From: a virus
Reading direction: 5' to 3' (one strand)
Virus record (IMG/VR): IMGVR_UViG_3300009788_000005
Span: 1 to 64,000 of that record
Length of the DNA: 64,000 nt
Shown here: piece by piece, positions 57,622 through 64,000 of the stretch
Layout: the number at the start of each line of letters is the position of its first letter
Position numbering within the stretch: position 1 is the first letter of the stretch
Notes under the pieces: generated by a model
Told to the model about the DNA's origin: nothing
Database searches by the model: none
Seen by the model: only the letters and a program-made list of their open reading frames with translations
Translations under genes and position numbers: made by a program

Positions 57622-58507
57622 TTACTAATTTTGCCTTCAACTTAAGTTCCAACCCTATTAGTCTCTTTGCCTCATCTAATGTAAACCTCCTATTTTCTCC
57701 TAAATACTTTAGAGATTGTAAAGCCTCATCTATCTCACAAATATTTAACCAAATTTCCTCCCCCCTATCCTCCAAATATTCTAAGGCATCGTTAACCGTA
57801 AGATGTGATAGACTATGTTCCTCAGGTTTCCTCTTCCACTCTTCTATAACCTTTAATAACTCCTCCCCTACATTCTCATGATAATCTACAGGTATTTTAG
57901 ATACAGCCCTCAATAAGGTGTAAGTACCTATACAATTATTTAACATTACCTTCTCATCATTTTTCGTATGAGATAATTTATCTAGTAACTTATTTATCTG
58001 TAGGTATGTATTTTTTATAGGGTTACGTATACCTTTATACTGAAGGTTATCAGTAAGTATACCCTCTATTGTCTCATACCCTCCCTGAAACAATAATAAC
58101 CCAGATATCATATTTTCCATAGCTAATAAATATCCTTTAGTCCTTTGATCCGGCATAGTAATAGATGCCCTACCATACTTAAGTAAATGATTATTCAAAA
58201 TCTCAAATAAGAATAATTGCATATAACCATATACCTGACACTTATTAGTTAGATTAAAAAAATTAAAGCCCATAGACATAACATACTGTATACTATTCAA
58301 ACTACTAGTACCTTTATCAGATATAATTTTAGTAATAGTTATTTCCCAATCCCACCCCTCTTTCTTACCCTCAACATTTCTAACCTCAACATTCTTAAGC
58401 CCATCGGCTACATAATGATGTAATTCAAATGTTGTACTAGTTATTTTACTAATAAGTTTACTTTTATCTACTGTCCTATTACCTGTCTTTATAAGTTTCT
58501 TACTCAT
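57614..58507 (-). CDS. hypothetical protein
   Basis: 297-aa ORF; ATG 3 nt after a palindrome. Confidence 0.7.
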   Translation of the reverse strand: MSKKLIKTGNRTVDKSKLISKITSTTFELHHYVADGLKNVEVRNVEGKKEGWDWEITITKIISDKGTSSLNSIQYVMSMGFNFFNLTNKCQVYGYMQLFLFEILNNHLLKYGRASITMPDQRTKGYLLAMENMISGLLLFQGGYETIEGILTDNLQYKGIRNPIKNTYLQINKLLDKLSHTKNDEKVMLNNCIGTYTLLRAVSKIPVDYHENVGEELLKVIEEWKRKPEEHSLSHLTVNDALEYLEDRGEEIWLNICEIDEALQSLKYLGENRRFTLDEAKRLIGLELKLKAKLVNE

Positions 58508-58520
58508 ATCTGTAAAATTT

Positions 58521-59171
58521 TTACACCTTATTAATACGCTTATCCCTATAAACTCTCATAGTACCTATAGCTAATTCATGTACTGCATTATTTCTTAAAT
58601 CCGAGCTATGCCCTGGTACGTGACATACATTTATCAAATAATGCTTATCTGTTTTTTTAATCTCCCATACCTTATTCCACAGCTCTTTATGCTCTATCAC
58701 CCCCCCATCAGATTTCTCCCAATCCTTAAAATACCATGACACCAAATAAGAATTATAGGCATTAACTACATATAAAGAATCACACATTATTCTTAGCATA
58801 GTATTAGGCTTATACCTTTTATGCCAACATAATACCCTATATAATCCTAATGCTTCTGTCTTACCTGTTTTCCACCCCTCCAAAGCCTCAGCCTCCTCAT
58901 ATATACATTCCCTTCCTTGACCTATATAAACCCTAAGCCCATAAGCCCCAAATATTCTTCCTTCATGCTCCTCATAATTACTATTTAATATGTGGCTACT
59001 ACCATCTGTATAAGCAACACATATTACAGGAGTAGCCGGTTTCTCCTTAAACCTAATTGCCGGATGTACTATCCTTTTAGGTAAGGGTATATCCCCAGGA
59101 AAATCTACATCCTCTTCTCTCCTGGGTCTATCAGGATCTACCCACAACTTTTTAGTATCTCCTTCATTCAT
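58521..59171 (-). CDS. rnhA: ribonuclease HI-like protein
   Basis: AYTDGSS, TEALG, CDSLYVVN, HKELW, HVPGHS; last Asp position reads His (NNAVHELA). Confidence 0.85.
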   Translation of the reverse strand: MNEGDTKKLWVDPDRPRREEDVDFPGDIPLPKRIVHPAIRFKEKPATPVICVAYTDGSSHILNSNYEEHEGRIFGAYGLRVYIGQGRECIYEEAEALEGWKTGKTEALGLYRVLCWHKRYKPNTMLRIMCDSLYVVNAYNSYLVSWYFKDWEKSDGGVIEHKELWNKVWEIKKTDKHYLINVCHVPGHSSDLRNNAVHELAIGTMRVYRDKRINKV

Positions 59172-59442
59172 TAGATTCTGAATTTTTTAGTACTTCCTGT
59201 AATGTAGGATTTATAAATTCAGTAGATAATTTAGTAGGGTATATAGATTCCCCGTATGTTATGGTAGCTACATATATCTTCCCCGTAAACAAAAACTTAA
59301 TCCTCTTCCAAAGCCCCATACTCCAACATATAACTACCCCTTTTTCTATTGTAGCGATATCTTTAAAAGCGGGTACAGGTTTCATACCTACTTTACCCGC
59401 ACCATATACCGTATTTTGCTGCTTAAATTTTATCGGTTTCAT
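59164..59442 (-). CDS. hypothetical phage protein
   Basis: MKPIKFKQQN...VICW...FLFTGKI. Confidence 0.7.
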   Translation of the reverse strand: MKPIKFKQQNTVYGAGKVGMKPVPAFKDIATIEKGVVICWSMGLWKRIKFLFTGKIYVATITYGESIYPTKLSTEFINPTLQEVLKNSESNE

Positions 59443-59516
59443 GTTAATAATTTTACACCCTAAAAATACAAAAAATGTACCGAGCTACAATATCACCATA
59501 ACCGATAAATAAAATA

Positions 59517-60194
59517 CTAACCATTAACAAATATCTTTCCTACACTACTTACATAAACCTCCTTAAATACAGGAATAGAATATATCAAATTAAAATATAA
59601 CTTCTTCCTAAAACACTGCTCATAAGTATCTGACATTATACGTCCTATATCCCCGTATTCTTTTTGTCGTATCCCTACCCATATAGCAGCCTGTATATCC
59701 CTTGGATAAGCATCTATGCATATACAATAATTACGTATGCTGTATTCTATCTCAGAGTATTGTTTATCTGACACCGAAAAATATTCTTTACCCTTATAAA
59801 TTCGAGGTTTTAATCCAAAAGCTTTAGCAATCCACATATCTACTACTACAGCCTGCTCATCTCCAAACATAGCCCTCCTAAAAGATTCTATTTTTCTACC
59901 TCCTAACTCTTCAAAATTAACCGCTCTTACTACCTGAGGTACCATAGCAGGTAAGAAATCAGGATCATCATTTTCCCCTAAAATATTTACCCCCTCCTGA
60001 ATCCTCCTTAGTACTTTCAAAGTTAATGTTACATTGCTTTGTATAGTTGATCTCTGACTAGTAGCGGCTAACAACCAAATAACTATTACCCAATCATCCC
60101 CAAATAATTTCTTAATAAATTTCAAATTAGATTCATACCAACTTTTATGGTTAGACCCTAATTTAATATACTCCTTTATATCTCGCGTAATCAT
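59517..60194 (-). CDS. HhH-GPD glycosylase-fold-like protein (putative)
   Basis: WY...LAATSQRSTI..N...GRKIESF...VVVDMW...Y......QAAIW pattern. Confidence 0.55.
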   Translation of the reverse strand: MITRDIKEYIKLGSNHKSWYESNLKFIKKLFGDDWVIVIWLLAATSQRSTIQSNVTLTLKVLRRIQEGVNILGENDDPDFLPAMVPQVVRAVNFEELGGRKIESFRRAMFGDEQAVVVDMWIAKAFGLKPRIYKGKEYFSVSDKQYSEIEYSIRNYCICIDAYPRDIQAAIWVGIRQKEYGDIGRIMSDTYEQCFRKKLYFNLIYSIPVFKEVYVSSVGKIFVNG

Positions 60195-60205
60195 TTGTAA
60201 AAATT

Positions 60206-60899
60206 TTACACATAGTAAGTAAATAATTTCTCTAGCCTATGATCATAATTTTCACCTTTTTTATTTATAGTGGTTTGATGATTTATTTCTCTAACACACT
60301 CAAAATCTTCAGGAGCATTATACTCAGATACATAAACTCTATGCCCTTCCTTAGCTCTTTCCCTACACCATACCCAAAAAGATTTATGATCAAAAGGATA
60401 TGCATAACCTAAAACACCCTCATAGGGTTTATCACAATAAATAATACTATTAGAGGGTATGACCAACCCTCTATAATCTCCCGCATAAAATTGTACTCCT
60501 TCTAAATTGTTTGCTTGTCTTAATAAATTATCTCTACCCTCCCTGGAATAATTTCTACGATCATCCTTAGCATAACCTCCCCACCACTTACCCCCGAAGG
60601 AGCATAAAAAAACCTACAAATCCTACTAGATGATTAAGGTAATTACCCTTATTACTTTTAATAGAGTAGTACTCCCCTCTAGAAACATCTGTAGGGGGTA
60701 CCCAACCATCTCTAACAGCTATAAGTAAAGCTATAAGGTACATATGATTATCATTACCTATCCTATTCCCCGTAACCTTATCGATCATATTAGCACCTCC
60801 TACAAAAGGCTCTACATAATATTGATTGTGTCTACGACCTAATAAAATTATCCGTAATAACTCTTTAGCTAATCTGTTCTTACTCCCTACGTACTTCAT
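60206..60899 (-). pseudogene. dam: Dam-like DNA adenine methyltransferase split by a 1-nt frameshift in a T7 run
   Basis: MKYVGSKNRLAK, EPFVGGAN; removing one T at 60606-60612 gives GFLCSFGGKWWGGY...IIYCDKPY...VYVSEYNAP in one frame. Confidence 0.8.
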
Positions 60900-61126
60900 A
60901 TATCTGTAAAATTTTTACACATCTCTTCAATTTCTCCCCACTCTCTCAACTCTTCCGAAAATATTTCCCCTGCCTGTTGTAGGGTTATTAACCCCTCATC
61001 AAAAGCCCTCTTAAAATCCTCCTCACTCAATTCATCATCCTCTTTACGTGCATAGTAACAGCACTCCTTAGCAGCATCTTTAATAGATGCTATAACTAAT
61101 TCTAATAAATCATAATCAGATCTCAT
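60896..61126 (-). CDS. hypothetical acidic protein
   Basis: 76-aa ORF; C-terminal CKNFT is encoded by a palindrome. Confidence 0.6.
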   Translation of the reverse strand: MRSDYDLLELVIASIKDAAKECCYYARKEDDELSEEDFKRAFDEGLITLQQAGEIFSEELREWGEIEEMCKNFTDI

Positions 61127-61242
61127 ACCTACTTGTAAAATTTTTACACATCCTTATTAATCTCAATGTACACATAAACAACCCCTCCAACAAGACTAAT
61201 GCCGGCCCAGGCATGTTACCAGAATAAGAAGTTACAAAGTAT

Positions 61243-62121
61243 TTACCGTAATGGTTTAGATCTAACCCCTACTAGATAAGACTCTACTAACTGTAACTCA
61301 TTACATTCCTGGTAAGCATAGCAATCTCTATCATGATGCCAAATAAGATTTACACCTTCTTTAATAGATTTTATATACTTAACCTCTGAATCAGTATACC
61401 TAGTTAAAGTAAATACCTGATTCATTTTAATAAATCCATACTGTAGTAACAGGGTCCTGAAGTAACTACCAGACATAATACTAAGTCCAAACCACTCTCC
61501 TACTTTTCGGGCTGATAAAGGTCTTTGCTTGATTGCTCCAGTTTTAGCAGTCTTTCCCTTTATCCTATCCTTATAGGATTGTACTTTATAACTATAGATT
61601 AGTCTAGCATATACACAACCCGCTTTAAGAGTCGTTACAGAAGTTAATAAGCATGGATTTAGTTTAGCCGTTTGTATCCTGGTTCTATCTTTACCTCCGC
61701 ATAACTTACTTATCTTCTTCCATCCTCTTACAAACCCCTCAGTAATCCACCCCATCCTAATCAACTTTTTTAAATGACTATTAGCAGTTTGCCTGGTATA
61801 TGATAAACTATCTGATAACTCTGTAGTAGTTACTTCATACCTCCCATCCCCCGCTACAGTACAGTAGTATTTTAAATACAGAAAGGTCCTCAGTAGTGAT
61901 ACCTGCCCTGATCCTATTATATAGGTAATAACCGGCAGAGGGATATTAATAGTATGACTTAACCCGAACTTATTAGACTTAGTAATAGCCTCCTTTACGG
62001 GTAAAGGGATACACTCAGTAACTACAGTTTCAAAGTTAGATATCATACTCTCAAGGGACCTAGCAAAGGTATCATACAGAGTATGAATTACAAACACTCC
62101 AAAACCAGTAAGGAGAGACAA
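61243..62121 (-). CDS. double winged-HTH protein (replication initiator/regulator-like)
   Basis: TTTELSDSLSYTRQTANSHLKKLIRMGWI and SARKVGEWFGLSIMSGSYFRTLLLQYGFI. Confidence 0.65.
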   Translation of the reverse strand: MSLLTGFGVFVIHTLYDTFARSLESMISNFETVVTECIPLPVKEAITKSNKFGLSHTINIPLPVITYIIGSGQVSLLRTFLYLKYYCTVAGDGRYEVTTTELSDSLSYTRQTANSHLKKLIRMGWITEGFVRGWKKISKLCGGKDRTRIQTAKLNPCLLTSVTTLKAGCVYARLIYSYKVQSYKDRIKGKTAKTGAIKQRPLSARKVGEWFGLSIMSGSYFRTLLLQYGFIKMNQVFTLTRYTDSEVKYIKSIKEGVNLIWHHDRDCYAYQECNELQLVESYLVGVRSKPLR

Positions 62122-62233
62122 CTAAGAGTATGGCTATTAAGCTCTCTTGTGTCTCTCCTTACATTATCTAAGAGTAAACGATACCTACATATCACCCCAC
62201 CTTTTCAGGCTCTTAGACGATACAAAAATAATA

Positions 62234-62893
62234 TTACTCCTCCTCTTCCTGTACTACTTGTATTGATCCGTTATCTTCTTTAACCTTTACCTCAAATCTG
62301 CCTGCTTCAGGATGTAGTATCTTGGAGTATATAGGTATTCTTTCGTCCCCGGTAACCAAATTATAAATAAACATATCATCCCTAGTATTAGGATTTTTTA
62401 ATATAAGATCTCTCAAAATCTTATCTACGTTAACTTTAGTATAAGACATAACATGATCAAAGGCCATAGTTTGCTTAGGAAAGAATCCTATTTTCTGGCC
62501 TGGAGGGGTAGATATAAAATATATCTGAGTAGGATTATTAGCCTGCCCCCTACATATCGCCCATTGAGCCGTTATATCTAAATCCTTAGTATTGGTCTTA
62601 ATTCCGAACATAGCCTGGGTAAAACTATTCCCTTGATTCATTAAAGATATAGACCTAGAGAACTGATTACACATCTGAGTTAACTGACCTTTTTCAGTAT
62701 TAAACTTAGCCCATACATTCACAAACTCTTTCCCTAACCCTCCTTCCTCTATAGACATATTTTTATTTTTAAGATCCTTCTCCCTCTCCTCATATTTCTT
62801 ATATACCTTAGTTACATTATCAGATAGCTCTACAAGTATCTGTAGTCTATCCTTATGATTGTCTGGCTTTAATTTGTACTCAAGTGTTACCAT
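62234..62893 (-). CDS. hypothetical protein
   Basis: 219-aa ORF. Confidence 0.7.
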   Translation of the reverse strand: MVTLEYKLKPDNHKDRLQILVELSDNVTKVYKKYEEREKDLKNKNMSIEEGGLGKEFVNVWAKFNTEKGQLTQMCNQFSRSISLMNQGNSFTQAMFGIKTNTKDLDITAQWAICRGQANNPTQIYFISTPPGQKIGFFPKQTMAFDHVMSYTKVNVDKILRDLILKNPNTRDDMFIYNLVTGDERIPIYSKILHPEAGRFEVKVKEDNGSIQVVQEEEE

Positions 62894-62904
62894 GTTTTTA
62901 TCAA

Positions 62905-63510
62905 TTAAAAATTATTTTTAATAAGTTGTGAATCGTCTAAGTTAGTTTTTTCTTTTATAATCCTCAACAGTATAACTTCTGTTGCAGTTTGTGCTACTTC
63001 AACTACCTCAACAGGTAACACAAAATTATCCCTATCATCATACCCCTCAACAAGTCTATAATTTTGCTGTCTTTTTATATTGAATTTCTTAGTACTTATC
63101 ATGAGATTGTCCAATCTATAGGACTTGTTAGGGTCTATTCTATCTATCTCATAATCACACGTCCTATTACCTATTTTATTATTAGACCCACTTAATACAT
63201 TCTTCTTCTTCAATTCCCACTTATCAGGATATAGTACTGACCAAAAATATACAAATTGTAAAAAAGTTAATTCGTAAGATATTCCTCTTCTCTTAGCATT
63301 CTGTTTATGGTATCTATAACAGTATTTGAGAGGATATCTACATTTATAATTACGACTCTTACATTTTGAACATAACCCAGCTTTACCATAATAAGGCTTA
63401 CCTGTACAATACAAAGCAATACAAATCCCTTTCTTAGGATTCTTCTTTAAAGGGATTGCATACACCATGATTACGCTTATATACTGTATCCTTATCTCCC
63501 TGCCCCCCAT
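62905..63510 (-). CDS. HNH-like endonuclease
   Basis: AKRRGISYELTF..F...IDRIDPNKSYRLDNL......N. Confidence 0.65.
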   Translation of the reverse strand: MGGREIRIQYISVIMVYAIPLKKNPKKGICIALYCTGKPYYGKAGLCSKCKSRNYKCRYPLKYCYRYHKQNAKRRGISYELTFLQFVYFWSVLYPDKWELKKKNVLSGSNNKIGNRTCDYEIDRIDPNKSYRLDNLMISTKKFNIKRQQNYRLVEGYDDRDNFVLPVEVVEVAQTATEVILLRIIKEKTNLDDSQLIKNNF

Positions 63511-63766
63511 AACGTACTACCAACTTCTCCTTAACCATCCAACTTACCAGCCCTTTAAGATATGTATTCATACTAGGTATCTTACCCTCTTCCAAATATA
63601 ACTCCAATATAAGACTATCCAGCATATCCTTAAAAGTCATATACGTCTGATACTTATAAAAAGGTCTATCGAACGAGGCTAATATTATAGCAGTGCGTTT
63701 GGCCCTCTTACTTGAATGCTTAAGTGTTACCGGTATTTTTATATTTCCGTTTATATCCTTATTCAT
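63434..63766 (-). CDS. hypothetical protein, possible wHTH
   Basis: 110-aa ORF. Confidence 0.6.
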   Translation of the reverse strand: MNKDINGNIKIPVTLKHSSKRAKRTAIILASFDRPFYKYQTYMTFKDMLDSLILELYLEEGKIPSMNTYLKGLVSWMVKEKLVVRYGGQGDKDTVYKRNHGVCNPFKEES

Positions 63767-64000
63767 GATCCCTCAATATACAAAATCTTATCAAAATATT
63801 CCCAATCAAATTTACGCCACTCATCTATAGTATGATCATAAAAACTCTGGATCCCGACTATACCTTTCATGGGTACAGTATAATTAGGGTCTTTTGACAA
63901 CGCATCACGCTCTACAAGTATCTCCTGCTTAGTTGATCCTATAGCGAACCTAGGTAACCCAGTACTCTTTTTTATAAATACAAAAGCAACCTTACCTGCA
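63763..64000 (-). CDS. partial SH3-like (WYL_2/DUF2693-like) protein
   Basis: My translation ...KVAFVFIKKSTGLPRFAIGS...FYDHTIDEWRKF...; 5' end lies outside the window. Confidence 0.55.
   Translation of the reverse strand, partial: AGKVAFVFIKKSTGLPRFAIGSTKQEILVERDALSKDPNYTVPMKGIVGIQSFYDHTIDEWRKFDWEYFDKILYIEGS

Larger units (their letters stand above)
481..61148. repeat. dispersed 15-bp palindrome TGTAAAAWTTTTACA (at least 30 exact copies)
   Basis: Exact copies start at 481, 1164, 1831, 2842, 3260, 4392, 7540, 8288, 8481, 10254, 12696, 14077, 17107, 18409, 20784, 22745, 24379, 27963, 30842, 32210, 36893, 40527, 43705, 49482, 52889, 55623, 58511, 60196, 60905, 61134. One-mismatch copies at 18959, 34292, 42116, 46849, 54088. 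Confidence 0.97.

Noticed and set aside
481-61148. Palindrome copies as a CRISPR array or integron attC sites
   Set aside because: Spacing is irregular (about 0.2-3.6 kb) with whole genes between copies; the unit is only 15 bp; no cas genes, no GTTRRRY/RYYYAAC cores, and no tyrosine recombinase seen
481-61148. Palindrome as an intrinsic terminator or a TyrR box
   Set aside because: The AU-rich stem would be weak and separate GC-rich terminators exist; TyrR boxes are TGTAAA-N6-TTTACA, whereas this has a 3-nt centre with invariant flanks. A host regulator cannot be fully excluded
3969-62283. Plus-strand ORFs in the track other than 18494..18943
   Set aside because: They overlap well-supported minus-strand genes and have the Ser/Ile/Leu/Pro-rich composition of antisense shadows
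1-64000. Stop-codon reassignment
   Set aside because: The standard code gives dense, full-length genes ending in TAA, TAG and TGA; both splits found are frameshifts, not in-frame stops
1-64000. tRNA genes, diversity-generating retroelement, integrase/prophage boundary
   Set aside because: By eye I found no cloverleaf, reverse transcriptase, TR/VR pair, integrase or run of host genes; tRNAscan-SE was not run

Overview
A 64-kb internal piece of a large, AT-rich tailed dsDNA phage (siphovirus-like: long tape measure protein, no sheath gene seen). Almost everything is coded on the minus strand. A Bacteroidota host is indicated by TAnnTTTG promoters and a T9SS C-terminal-domain protein. Layout: (1) 0-15.5 kb, many small accessory genes (HNH, SLOG, GNAT-like, cupin-like, a triple-HTH TerS-like protein). 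(2) 15.5-36.8 kb, replication/recombination genes (Dda-like helicase, RusA-like resolvase, fused Mre11-Rad50, SSB-like, family A DNA polymerase, SF2 helicase, primase, MTase, ParB-like protein, DnaB-like helicase). (3) 36.9-57.6 kb, morphogenesis genes in an unusual order (portal, major tail-like, MCP, S49 protease, TMP, tail proteins, -1 frameshifted tail chaperone). (4) 57.6-64 kb, RNase H, HhH-like protein, frameshifted Dam, wHTH and HNH-like proteins. I recognised no terminase large subunit, endolysin, integrase, tRNA or CRISPR. The dominant unexplained signal is a 15-bp palindrome, TGTAAAAWTTTTACA, counted by eye as 30 exact copies (15 in each orientation) plus 5 one-mismatch copies. It occurs throughout the window at gene junctions, beside promoters and in frame inside genes. 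The phage also has a stand-alone ParB-type gene with no ParA in the window, which suggests a KorB/Noc-like genome-wide binding system (hypothesis). All product calls come from motif recognition by eye, not database searches.
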